Below are positions 10,110 to 18,747 of a stretch of DNA of 64,000 nt, piece after piece. The stretch's first letter is position 1. Each line of letters starts with the position of its first letter. The position numbers were made by a program, and so were the translations under genes. This DNA is from Candidatus Omnitrophota bacterium (GTDB lineage: Bacteria > Omnitrophota > Gorgyraeia > 2-01-FULL-45-10): positions 75,539 to 139,538 of the forward strand of contig JAMWCX010000001.1 of NCBI GenBank assembly GCA_023818895.1. The letters run 5' to 3'. The notes under the pieces were generated by a model. The model worked only from the letters and a program-made list of their open reading frames with translations. It made no database searches and was not told where the DNA came from.

Positions 10110-10111
10110 CG

Positions 10112-11212
10112 ATGCCGTCCGATAAGGCAAAATCCTACTGGCGACACAAGTACTCCGTCACCTTTGTTTCCCTGGCCGTCTCTTTTGTGTTTTTATCCGT
10201 TTTTCAACTCTCTGGCTCGTCCGCCGCTATTAGAGCGAGTGCCTCCAAATTTACTGAGAATTTTTACATCACCTGCTTGATATATATTTCCGTATTCAGC
10301 CTGACATACGGCGCGGTCATGTTTCCGCTTGATTTTTATGAGGGTTACGCTATTGAACGCCGTTTCGGGCTTTCTAATCAATCGCTCGCATCTTGGCTTA
10401 AGGACGAGGCGAAAAAGAGCGCCATTTCATTCGCGTTTTTCCTTTTTCTTATCGAGGCTTTTTACGCTATAGCCAGGTGTTTTCCGGCGACATGGACCCT
10501 GGCGGCCTCCCTATTTTGGATAACACTTTCAGTGGTACTTGCCAAGGTGTTCCCCCTGGCCATAATACCCATATTTTACCGATATAGCCCGTTGTCCAGC
10601 CAGGACCTTAAGAAAAAAGTCCTCCATCTTGCCGATAAGTTCGGCATAAAAGTGCTGGATGTTTTTGAGATAGATTTTAGCACCAAGACGAAGAAGTCAA
10701 ACGCCGCTGTAGTGGGTTGGGGAGGCTCCCGAAGAGTTATACTTGCCGATAATCTGGTTAATGAATTCTCGACCGAGGAGGCAGGGGTGGTAGTAGCGCA
10801 TGAGATGGCGCACCATAAGCGCGGGCACATGTGGAAACTTATTGCCTTTAACGCCATCTCCATTTTTTTGTTCTTCATTCTTCTCGATAAGTTGTTGCTG
10901 CCGCTTGCCAGCCGGCATAACCCGAACGCTTTTTTAGACCTATCATTTTTCCCGCTTGTATATATGTTCTTTATGGCATATGAATTCTTAATGATGCCAA
11001 TCTATAATTGGTTTTCCCGCCGCCTTGAGACGGAGGCCGATATTATGGCATTGCGGGCCACCGGCTCTCGAGATGCGTTTATTTCGATGATGCAGAAGTT
11101 AGCGAGCAAGAACCTGGCGGATACCAGTCCCAACCCCATAATAGAGTGGCTTTTGTACAGCCACCCCCCGATTTCCAAAAGGATAGAACTTGCCAAAAAC
11201 CTCCGCCTTTAA
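10112..11212 (+). CDS. M48-family zinc metalloprotease (Ste24/HtpX-like), integral membrane
   Basis: Contains the HEXXH motif in VVAHEMAHHKRGHMWK and multiple transmembrane helices. Confidence 0.75.
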   Translation: MPSDKAKSYWRHKYSVTFVSLAVSFVFLSVFQLSGSSAAIRASASKFTENFYITCLIYISVFSLTYGAVMFPLDFYEGYAIERRFGLSNQSLASWLKDEAKKSAISFAFFLFLIEAFYAIARCFPATWTLAASLFWITLSVVLAKVFPLAIIPIFYRYSPLSSQDLKKKVLHLADKFGIKVLDVFEIDFSTKTKKSNAAVVGWGGSRRVILADNLVNEFSTEEAGVVVAHEMAHHKRGHMWKLIAFNAISIFLFFILLDKLLLPLASRHNPNAFLDLSFFPLVYMFFMAYEFLMMPIYNWFSRRLETEADIMALRATGSRDAFISMMQKLASKNLADTSPNPIIEWLLYSHPPISKRIELAKNLRL

Positions 11213-11870
11213 GGATGCCGTGATGAGGAAGATAGGAAGATCCGATCTTAAAAATGTTTACGATAAGCTTCTGAGACATTTCGGTCCGCAGGGTTGGTGG
11301 CCCGGAGACACCCGCTTTGAAATAATAGTGGGGGCGATACTTACACAGAACACAGCATGGAAGAACGTTGAAAAGGCAATATCTAATCTTAAGGCCGCTG
11401 GCGCGCTTGATTCTCCATCGGCTATGATGAAATTGGGGCAGCGCCGCATAGCGCGCCTTATAAGACCCGCCGGTTACTATAATGTCAAGGCAAAAAGACT
11501 TTGTAACTTCCTTCGTTTTCTCAGATCCAGACACGATTTTAGCCTCGATAACCTTAGCCGTTTGAAAACACCTTTATTGAGACAGGAGCTTCTGTCGGTT
11601 AACGGCATCGGTCCGGAGACATGCGATTCAATATTGTTATACGCCTTCAGAAGGCCTATATTTGTCGTGGATGCCTATACCAAAAGAATATTCTCGCGCC
11701 ATGGATTGTTTGAAACAGGATCTTCTTACGATCATATACAGAAGATATTCATGGATAGCCTCCTGCCCGATCATATCTTATACAACGAGTACCATGCCCT
11801 TATAGTAAGGTTGGGTAAAGAACATTGCCGAAAGTGCCCAAATTGTGCGGAATGCCCTCTTAGCGGGTGA
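11190..11870 (+). CDS. Endonuclease III-related HhH-GPD DNA glycosylase-like protein
   Basis: Contains the HhH-GPD core (LTQNTAWKNVEKAI...GIGPETCDSILLYAF) and a C-terminal Cys cluster (CRKCPNCAEC). It overlaps the end of the M48 gene by 23 nt. Confidence 0.7.
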   Translation: MPKTSAFKDAVMRKIGRSDLKNVYDKLLRHFGPQGWWPGDTRFEIIVGAILTQNTAWKNVEKAISNLKAAGALDSPSAMMKLGQRRIARLIRPAGYYNVKAKRLCNFLRFLRSRHDFSLDNLSRLKTPLLRQELLSVNGIGPETCDSILLYAFRRPIFVVDAYTKRIFSRHGLFETGSSYDHIQKIFMDSLLPDHILYNEYHALIVRLGKEHCRKCPNCAECPLSG

Positions 11871-11928
11871 AATGTCTTGCAAATATATTTTTCTGATAAT
11901 ATAATATTGAAAAAATGCGAGGTGAATT

Positions 11929-12348
11929 ATGCCAGTAAAAAATAAAAAGAAAATAGCTAAGAAAGCGGCAAGGAAGAAAGTAAAAAAGACGGCAAAGCCG
12001 CCACGGCGCAAGGTTGCAAAAAGATCTAAAGCTAAAATAAAGATTTCCAGGGCAGTTACCGCTAAAAAAGCCATGAAAATATCGCAAGGGCCGGAGGCGT
12101 CGCTTGAGAAGATAGGCGAGGTGACGCACTATTTCCCGCATGTGAGAGCTGCCGCCGTAATGCTGCTTAAGGATGGTTTGAAGGTCGGAGATGAGATATA
12201 TCTGAAAGGCCACACTACCGACTTCAAGGAAAAAGTAGAGTCGATGCAGCTTGATCATGTGCCCATTCAGGAAGGTAAAAAGGGGCAGGAGATAGGCCTC
12301 CTTGTGAAAGAGCGGGTAAGAATTGGCGATAGTGTTTACAGGTTATAA
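11929..12348 (+). CDS. Hypothetical protein with a Lys-rich histone-H1-like N-terminus and a C-terminal small beta-barrel resembling EF-Tu domain 2
   Basis: The first ~50 residues are about 50% Lys/Arg/Ala (KKKIAKKAARKKVKKTAKPPRRKVAKRSKAK). The C-terminus reads GLKVGDEIYLKGHTTDF...GQEIGLLV..RVRIGDSVY. Confidence 0.4.
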   Translation: MPVKNKKKIAKKAARKKVKKTAKPPRRKVAKRSKAKIKISRAVTAKKAMKISQGPEASLEKIGEVTHYFPHVRAAAVMLLKDGLKVGDEIYLKGHTTDFKEKVESMQLDHVPIQEGKKGQEIGLLVKERVRIGDSVYRL

Positions 12349-12351
12349 GAT

Positions 12352-12609
12352 ATGAACATATTTCAGAGAAGTATCTTGCTTGGCCTCGGCCTTGATTGCA
12401 AAGACGGTCATGTGCGAGTTACCAAGGGAAAGAATTTTCGGCTTTTCGGCGGTTCGGAAGAGACGCACGAGATGATGCAGGAGAAAGCTATAAAATTCAA
12501 CGAGCAGCTGGATAAGCGCCACAAGACCCTTGACGACATAAACGAGCAGGAATTTCTTGAGATAGCCTCTTCCATAGGCCTTAAAGTGCCAAAGGAAAAG
12601 AAGCCCTGA
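12352..12609 (+). CDS. Hypothetical small protein
   Basis: 85-aa ORF filling the gap before efp. No family was recognised. Confidence 0.3.
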   Translation: MNIFQRSILLGLGLDCKDGHVRVTKGKNFRLFGGSEETHEMMQEKAIKFNEQLDKRHKTLDDINEQEFLEIASSIGLKVPKEKKP

Positions 12610-12628
12610 CCAAAAGGATGTCTTCGTC

Positions 12629-13189
12629 ATGATACAGGGAACCGACGTCCATGAGGGTATGCTCTTGCTTATAGACGGTAAAGTCTATAAGGTCATATCA
12701 GCGGCATTGAGAGGTTCGGCACAGGCCCATAAGATCATGCATCTGGGCCTGCGCTCCATTCCCGACGGACACTTTATCGAAAAGACCTATAATCCGGGCG
12801 AGAAGGTTGAGCAGATATTGCCCGATCGCTACCAGATGCAGTACCTTTATACAGACGGCAAGGACTATTATTTTATGAATACTGAAAGTTTTGAACAGTT
12901 TGCCGTCCCCGCCCAGATCGTCGGAAACATAGGCTTATATCTTAAGGAAAACGCCACCATACAGGTGGAATTTTACAAAGGCAATCCCATTAACATAGTA
13001 TTTCCCAAGACGGTAGAGCTTAAGGTGGTTTCCTGCCCGCCCGGTCTTCACGAGGGCACTGATACAACTTTCAAGGAAGCTGTGCTTGAGAATGGCATCA
13101 AAACCCTTGTGCCGCAGTTTATAAAAGAAGGCGATACCGTAAAGCTGGATGTGGAGAGCGGAAAATATCTGGACAGAATAAAGAAGTAG
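12629..13189 (+). CDS. efp: Elongation factor P-family protein
   Basis: 186 aa with three-domain EF-P similarity throughout (YLYTDGKDYYFMNTESFEQF..., VELKVVSCPPGLHEGTDTTFKEAVLENG...). The canonical KPGKG loop is replaced by LRGSAQ (see findings). Confidence 0.75.
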   Translation: MIQGTDVHEGMLLLIDGKVYKVISAALRGSAQAHKIMHLGLRSIPDGHFIEKTYNPGEKVEQILPDRYQMQYLYTDGKDYYFMNTESFEQFAVPAQIVGNIGLYLKENATIQVEFYKGNPINIVFPKTVELKVVSCPPGLHEGTDTTFKEAVLENGIKTLVPQFIKEGDTVKLDVESGKYLDRIKK

Positions 13190-13242
13190 CAGAGAATCTT
13201 AAGATTTGTTTGGAATTTTATATTTAAGGAGGTGATTACTAG

Positions 13243-13425
13243 ATGGCGAATATAAAGATAGATGAATCGACATGCACAGGGTGCGGCCTTTGCGCGGCCA
13301 ATTGTCCTGACGTATTCGAGGTGGGTGATGATGGCCTGGCGCATGTGATATCGGATAAATGCACCAGCTGTGATATCAAGGAGATAGCAGATCAGTGCCC
13401 AGTAAATGCTATAACGGTCCAGTGA
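13243..13425 (+). CDS. Small ferredoxin-like 4Fe-4S protein
   Basis: Contains CTGCGLCAANCP plus a second motif, CTSCD...CP. Confidence 0.6.
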   Translation: MANIKIDESTCTGCGLCAANCPDVFEVGDDGLAHVISDKCTSCDIKEIADQCPVNAITVQ

Positions 13426-13426
13426 C

Positions 13427-13999
13427 ATGAAAGTAATAGGGATAAGCGCCAGTCCGCGCCAGGACGGAAACAGTGATGAGCTTTTGAATCGCGCCCTAGA
13501 GGGCGCTGCCTCAGCAGGGGCAGAAGTAAAGAAGATAATCCTTAACGAGCTTAAATTTGGACCTTGCCAGGAATGCGGCGGGTGCGACAGGACTGGTTTT
13601 TGCGTGATCCACGACGGGCTGGAACCGGTGTATGCGCAGCTTGACGACGCCGACGCCATTGTGATAGCCTCGCCGGTCTTTTTCGCAAGCGTGAGCGCTC
13701 AGCTCAAGATGATGATCGACCGCTTTCAGTGCCGCTGGGTAGCCAAGTATATTCTCGGTAAAGGCGGCCGCTCCGGCAGGAGGCGGAAAGGGGCGCTTCT
13801 TCTGGCTTCCGGTTCTTACAAGAAGGAGTTTTTCGAGAATTCCAGGGCCGTGGTAAAGGCGTTCTTCGCGACGCTGGATGCCGAATATTCAGGAGAACTT
13901 TTCTGCGGCGGCCTGGAAAAGAAGGGCGACGCGGCAAAATACAAGGAATATCCCAACAGAGCGTATGAGATAGGCAGAGAGCTTGTCATAAATGGATAA
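13427..13999 (+). CDS. NADPH-dependent FMN reductase / iron-sulfur flavoprotein (Isf-like)
   Basis: Flavodoxin-like start (MKVIGISASPRQDGNS), a compact Cys cluster (CQECGGCDRTGFC), and the segment IVIASPVFFASVS. It overlaps the ferredoxin stop by 1 nt. Confidence 0.6.
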   Translation: MKVIGISASPRQDGNSDELLNRALEGAASAGAEVKKIILNELKFGPCQECGGCDRTGFCVIHDGLEPVYAQLDDADAIVIASPVFFASVSAQLKMMIDRFQCRWVAKYILGKGGRSGRRRKGALLLASGSYKKEFFENSRAVVKAFFATLDAEYSGELFCGGLEKKGDAAKYKEYPNRAYEIGRELVING

Positions 14000-14762
14000 T
14001 AGGTATAAAAATACAGCGATCGAGGCCGCTTTAAAAAGCGGCGTTTTTATTAATAATTCGGTCGGAAGGGTTGGGAAGGTTTCATACAAGGGCAGGGATA
14101 ATATTGTCACCGATATCGATAAGGCTTCCGAAAAGATGATTATCGGAATAATAAAATCCAAATTCCCCGATCATTCGATACTTGCCGAAGAAGGCTCGTC
14201 CGACGCTACGGAGTCGCCCTATAAATGGATAATAGACCCTCTTGACGGTACGACGAATTTTGCGCATGGCTTTCCGTTTTTCTGCGTGTCGATTGCGCTT
14301 GAAAAGTTCGGAAAAGTTGTGCTCGGTGTGGTATACGACCCTGTCAGGAGGGAGCTTTTTTGCGCCGAATCTGGTAAGGGTGCTTATCTTAATAACCGCA
14401 GGATAAGCGTCTCTATGACGCGGCGCCTCTCCCAAAGTTTTCTTGCCACAGGCTTTTCGTACGGTAAGGCCAGAAAAGATAAAAACGTTCGGAATTTTAA
14501 AAATCTTTTGATGCGATCACTCGCCATCCGCAGGGCTGGTTCAGCGGCGCTGGACTTATGCTATGTTGCTTGCGGAAGGTTTGACGGTTTTTGGGAGATG
14601 TATCTCCAGCCGTGGGATAGCGCGGCCGGCGCTATTATCGTTGAAGAAGCCGATGGAATGGCAACTAAGTTTGACGGTTCTAAATTCTTTCCATACCATA
14701 AAAATATTCTCGCCACTAATGGACTAATTCATCGTCAGATGTCTCGTCTTCTTAGATACTAA
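13992..14762 (+). CDS. suhB: Inositol monophosphatase family protein
   Basis: Contains the IMPase motifs WIIDPLDGTTNFAHGFPFF and WDSAAG. Confidence 0.8.
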   Translation: MDNRYKNTAIEAALKSGVFINNSVGRVGKVSYKGRDNIVTDIDKASEKMIIGIIKSKFPDHSILAEEGSSDATESPYKWIIDPLDGTTNFAHGFPFFCVSIALEKFGKVVLGVVYDPVRRELFCAESGKGAYLNNRRISVSMTRRLSQSFLATGFSYGKARKDKNVRNFKNLLMRSLAIRRAGSAALDLCYVACGRFDGFWEMYLQPWDSAAGAIIVEEADGMATKFDGSKFFPYHKNILATNGLIHRQMSRLLRY

Positions 14763-14819
14763 GGATATCAAATATATCATTATATTTTGTTAGGATATAA
14801 AATAGTTAAATATTTACTA

Positions 14820-14848
14820 TTGACACTCTTAACGATTTGATATATACT
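14820..14848 (+). promoter_or_regulatory. Sigma-70-type promoter candidate: TTGACA, a 17-nt spacer, then TATACT
   Basis: Same architecture as the promoters at 5825 and 23843. It lies in an AT-rich gap upstream of the ORF at 14879. Confidence 0.3.
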
Positions 14849-14878
14849 TTAACCTGTTGAAATTAGAAAAAGAAAGCT

Positions 14879-15232
14879 ATGAAATATAAAACTATTATTA
14901 AAATAACATCTGAGGCGCGAGATAAGAACGAGGCGATTGAGATCGTCGACGATTATCTTGCGGGAAACATACGGACTGGTGTTGATATGAAGTGTGCTAC
15001 CAAGCCTGAGTGTAATTCCGTTAAGATAACCTGTGCGATAGCGATTTGTCTTGTGATTTTATGGGCGATAGTCGTGCCTACCCAATTGAATACCACGCAA
15101 AGCCAAACTCAAAGTTCTCCGGCTTTCAGCGCAGTACAACCGCCGCTTAACACAGAGAGGGCGAACCCTGATTTCAAGAAGCGATGGGAAGAGCGCCGAA
15201 TCAGAGAGACTCCTCGTAATATCAGGGGATAG
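14879..15232 (+). CDS. Hypothetical single-pass membrane protein
   Basis: 117-aa ORF with one central hydrophobic helix. No family was recognised. Confidence 0.3.
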   Translation: MKYKTIIKITSEARDKNEAIEIVDDYLAGNIRTGVDMKCATKPECNSVKITCAIAICLVILWAIVVPTQLNTTQSQTQSSPAFSAVQPPLNTERANPDFKKRWEERRIRETPRNIRG

Positions 15233-15335
15233 AAAGCGCAATCCGAATAAATCATCCGCATCTTATTTGCCTTGCAAATTCCAGCCTTTGTTGTATACTT
15301 AGATTCGAAGATTAAGTTAAAAAGGAGAATGGCGT

Positions 15336-15806
15336 ATGAGGATATTTATTTACATTGTAAGTATGGTGTTGGCGCTGTCGTTTGGTCTGCAACCAGTATT
15401 CGCAGGATCTTATGACGATGATGATCAGGATAACGGTGCAGGATCGGTTTTGGGAGGTACTCTAATGGGCGGGCTTCTTGGAGGCGGCCTCGGCGCCGCG
15501 ATCGGAAGCGCCTCAGGCAATGCCGGCAAGGGAGCTCTTATAGGAGCCGGCATTGGAGCGGTAGGCGGCTCGCTTATGGGCGCCAGTCAGGCTGATCAGA
15601 AGAAGAGAGAAAAACAGTACCGCCAGCAAGAAGAGATGTATGAACAGCAGCAGTACGTGCAGCAACAGCAGTATGTGCGGCAAGCACCAGAGTCTTCTTA
15701 CGCGGTAGAACAGCTGCCGATAGAGAATGCAAAGATCAAAAAGCGAGTAATACGCCAGTACGATGAGCAGGGCAACGTTATATCGGAGAAAGAAGTAGCG
15801 CAGTAA
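15336..15806 (+). CDS. Secreted glycine-zipper protein with a Gln/Tyr-rich region (paralog of the ORF at 18748..19461)
   Basis: Signal peptide, a glycine-zipper segment (GGLLGGGLGAAIGSASGNAGKGALIGAGIGAVGGSLMGA), a QQYVQQQQYV region, and a C-terminal ...YDEQGNVISEKEV motif. Confidence 0.5.
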   Translation: MRIFIYIVSMVLALSFGLQPVFAGSYDDDDQDNGAGSVLGGTLMGGLLGGGLGAAIGSASGNAGKGALIGAGIGAVGGSLMGASQADQKKREKQYRQQEEMYEQQQYVQQQQYVRQAPESSYAVEQLPIENAKIKKRVIRQYDEQGNVISEKEVAQ

Positions 15807-15840
15807 TAATTCATTAAAGCTATATTCAAGTATATGCATA

Positions 15841-15889
15841 GGCGGCTTTTTAACAACGGCAGTTAAATGAGCCGCCTGTTTTATTTTTG
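15841..15889 (+). terminator. Rho-independent terminator
   Basis: The hairpin GGCGGCT...AGCCGCC is followed by TGTTTTATTTTTG. Confidence 0.5.
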
Positions 15890-15906
15890 TTTATGATGGG
15901 ACATAT

Positions 15907-17388
15907 ATGATCGTAAAGAAAGAAAACTCTTTTTTAATGGCCTATCTTGAAGATAGCTCAAATGTCAAAGGGGGATATGCCGATGAGGTTGTGATCCCTG
16001 AGAACATTGACGAGTTATGCGCTTTCTTGAAGGACGCGAACGCAAAAAAAATGCCTGTTACGATATCTGGAGGGGGGACTGGAACAACCGGATCGCGAAT
16101 ACCGTTCGGCGGGGCAGTGATATCGCTTGAAAGATTCAATAGGATACTTGCCATAGACTCTGACCGCAAGAGCGCATTAGTTCAGAGTGGCGTGATGGTA
16201 GACGACCTGAAGAAAGCCTGTGATGAAAAAAAATTATTCTATACTTCCCATCCCACTGAAAATACCGCGTCAGTCGGAGGGACGATCGCCACAAACGCTT
16301 CAGGGGCAAGGTCCTTTAAATATGGGGCAACTCGAAGGTATGTCAGGACCCTTAAGATGGTTCTCGCAAACGGAGAGATCCTGGAAATAAGAAGAAATCG
16401 GTCCGTTCTTTCGCGTAAAGATTCCCGGATAATCCTACCGGGCGAGAGTGCCATCACCGTGCCTATTCCTACTTACAGAATGCCGGAAATCAAGACCTCG
16501 GCGGGCTATTACGCGAAGGATGGCATGGATCCAATCGATCTTTTCATCGGCCAGGAGGGTACGCTCTCAGTCATAGTCGAGATGGAGATAGGTCTTGTCG
16601 ATAAGCCTTCTAAAATACTAAGCGCGTTTGTATTTTTTGAGACGGAGGAAGATGCCTGGCGCTTTGCCTGTGAGGCAAGAGACATTTCGCGAAGCGGCAG
16701 ATCGTTGATAGACGCTTTATCAATCGAATATTTTGACCATAATTCTCTTAGGCTCCTGCGGGCCCGAGACCGCGATGTCCCTGAAAAGTTCGCAAGCGCC
16801 ATATTCTTCGAACAGGAGGTGCGTGCCGGCAATAGAGAAGAAGAGGTTCTTGACGCATGGATCGAGCTTATCTTGAAGTACAGTCCATCATTGGACAATA
16901 CCTGGGTCGCTATGAATGAAAAGACTGCCGAAAAGTTCAGTAACTTGCGCCACGCCATCCCTGAATCCGTCAACGATATCATACGGTCAAGAGGTTTTCA
17001 GAAGATCAGCACGGATATCGCTGTCCCCGACGTTGCCAATATCGAGATGATGGGGTTTTATTCTAAGACGCTTAAGAATGGAGGCCTTGACTACCTAGTA
17101 TTTGGCCATATAGGAGAAAACCATGTCCACGTGAATATCCTGCCTAAAAATGAGAGGGAGAACTTAAGGGCGAAGGAGATGGCTTTGGAGCTCGTCAGAA
17201 AAGGAATTGCACTTGGCGGGACCGTATCAGCGGAGCATGGTATCGGAAAGATAAAACACAAGTATCTTGAGGAGATGTACGGTAAAAACGGCATAATTGA
17301 GATGGCGCGGATAAAGAAGGCGTTTGACCCTAATTGCATTCTTGGGCTTGACAACATATTCCCAAGGGAGGTCTTATACTTGGCATGA
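15907..17388 (+). CDS. FAD-linked oxidase (GlcD / D-lactate dehydrogenase-like D-2-hydroxyacid dehydrogenase)
   Basis: An FAD-binding PCMH domain (VTISGGGTGTTGSRIPFGGAVISLERFNRILAIDSD...LVQSGV) and a C-terminal FAD-oxidase domain. Confidence 0.75.
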   Translation: MIVKKENSFLMAYLEDSSNVKGGYADEVVIPENIDELCAFLKDANAKKMPVTISGGGTGTTGSRIPFGGAVISLERFNRILAIDSDRKSALVQSGVMVDDLKKACDEKKLFYTSHPTENTASVGGTIATNASGARSFKYGATRRYVRTLKMVLANGEILEIRRNRSVLSRKDSRIILPGESAITVPIPTYRMPEIKTSAGYYAKDGMDPIDLFIGQEGTLSVIVEMEIGLVDKPSKILSAFVFFETEEDAWRFACEARDISRSGRSLIDALSIEYFDHNSLRLLRARDRDVPEKFASAIFFEQEVRAGNREEEVLDAWIELILKYSPSLDNTWVAMNEKTAEKFSNLRHAIPESVNDIIRSRGFQKISTDIAVPDVANIEMMGFYSKTLKNGGLDYLVFGHIGENHVHVNILPKNERENLRAKEMALELVRKGIALGGTVSAEHGIGKIKHKYLEEMYGKNGIIEMARIKKAFDPNCILGLDNIFPREVLYLA

Positions 17389-18662
17389 ACATAGCCATAG
17401 CGTATGGTAGAGGTCGGATAAAATTTTCTTTGCCTAAGCGCAGGGTGCTCGGTGTCCTTAAGAATAAGGTCGCTAGAGGCGATAGTGTAAGAGATTTGAC
17501 AGTTACGGCGCTTCGCCGCCCTTTAAATGGCGTCTCTTTTGATGATCTTATGGTTGGCAAAAACAATATTTTGGTGGCAGTGCCTGATAATACCAGAAGC
17601 GCTCATTTGAAAGATATCCTGCCGGTATTATTGAGACGTATAGAATCAAAAGGTCGCGCGATTACTATTGTGGCGGCCACAGGTCTGCACAAGTCTCACG
17701 ACGGGCCAGAACTCCGTAGTCTTGTCGGCAAAGCCATATTCAAAAGTTACAGGGTAAAAAGCCACACTCAGGATGAGAGATCGCTTATTGATTTTGGCCG
17801 CACCTCGAAGGGCGTTCCGGTGGTATTGAATAGGATGGTCAGAGACTGCGATCTTATAATATCTGTTGGAGTGATTGAGCCTCATCTCTACGCCGGCTAC
17901 AGCGGCGGCGCCAAGACCGTGGCGATAGGGCTGGCCGGCAAGGTGACTATAGACCATACGCACGGAACCAGATTTCTGGACGATAGGAGCACTAGGATAG
18001 CCTCCATCGATGGCAATTTGTTTCAGGATACATTATGGGAGATTGCGGCTAAGACGCCTCTTGGCTTTTCTGTGAACGTCGTAAATGACCCCGATGGCAC
18101 GGCAGCGGCTGTATTTGCTGGAAGCCCCAGAGATGTTTTCGAAAAAGGGGTGAAACTCGCGAAAAAGATTTTTGAAGTGACAGTAGTAAAAGAGGGCGGC
18201 ATAGTTATATGCGGCATCGGATACCCAAAAGATATAAACCTTTATCAATCTTCCAGGGCTATAAATTACGTCGCTAATGTGGACAGGCCCGTTATCAGTA
18301 AGGGCGGCGTTATTGTAGTGGCGGCTGAACTTAGGGACGGTATAGGGTTAAGCCAAGCCGAGAAACTTTTCTACAAGAACTTGTGCGTAATGCGCTCGCC
18401 ACGGCAGCTTGTTGAAGAGGTCCGCAGGGAAGGATGTGTGGCAGGCAAGCACAGGGCTTATATGTTGGCCGCGCCGCTTATGGATTATAAAGTGATATTT
18501 GTAACCGCTTCTTCAAAGAAAGGGTTTATGAGGAACCTTCCATTCGAGACTTTTTCTAGCATACGAAAGGCGATTCTAAGAGCGGAGGATATAGTTGGGC
18601 GCGACGCTGGCGTATATGTTATACCTAAGGCGCTGGCGACTGTCGCTATAAGGAGAATTTAG
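17385..18662 (+). CDS. larA: LarA-family nickel-pincer-nucleotide-dependent alpha-hydroxyacid racemase/epimerase homolog (DUF2088)
   Basis: The sequence aligns by eye to Lactobacillus plantarum LarA across the N-terminal domain: VPDNTRS vs SDHTRP, IVAATGLHK vs ILVATGFHR, and ISVGVIEPHLYAGYSGGAKT vs ISEGFIESHFFAGFSGGRKS. The cofactor-binding Lys is conserved. There is an ATGA start/stop overlap with the upstream oxidase gene. Confidence 0.75.
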   Translation: MNIAIAYGRGRIKFSLPKRRVLGVLKNKVARGDSVRDLTVTALRRPLNGVSFDDLMVGKNNILVAVPDNTRSAHLKDILPVLLRRIESKGRAITIVAATGLHKSHDGPELRSLVGKAIFKSYRVKSHTQDERSLIDFGRTSKGVPVVLNRMVRDCDLIISVGVIEPHLYAGYSGGAKTVAIGLAGKVTIDHTHGTRFLDDRSTRIASIDGNLFQDTLWEIAAKTPLGFSVNVVNDPDGTAAAVFAGSPRDVFEKGVKLAKKIFEVTVVKEGGIVICGIGYPKDINLYQSSRAINYVANVDRPVISKGGVIVVAAELRDGIGLSQAEKLFYKNLCVMRSPRQLVEEVRREGCVAGKHRAYMLAAPLMDYKVIFVTASSKKGFMRNLPFETFSSIRKAILRAEDIVGRDAGVYVIPKALATVAIRRI

Positions 18663-18747
18663 ATAAGATGTGGTTTAATTCTTTCTTGAAATTTAAGGAA
18701 CTTTAATGTATATTTAAGTTGTCTAATATCCACGGGGAGGATAGATT

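Noticed and set aside
13048-13659. 203-aa ORF on the minus strand
   Set aside because: It overlaps the end of efp, the ferredoxin gene and the Fe-S flavoprotein gene in antisense. It has low-complexity Ser/Ala composition and is a shadow ORF.
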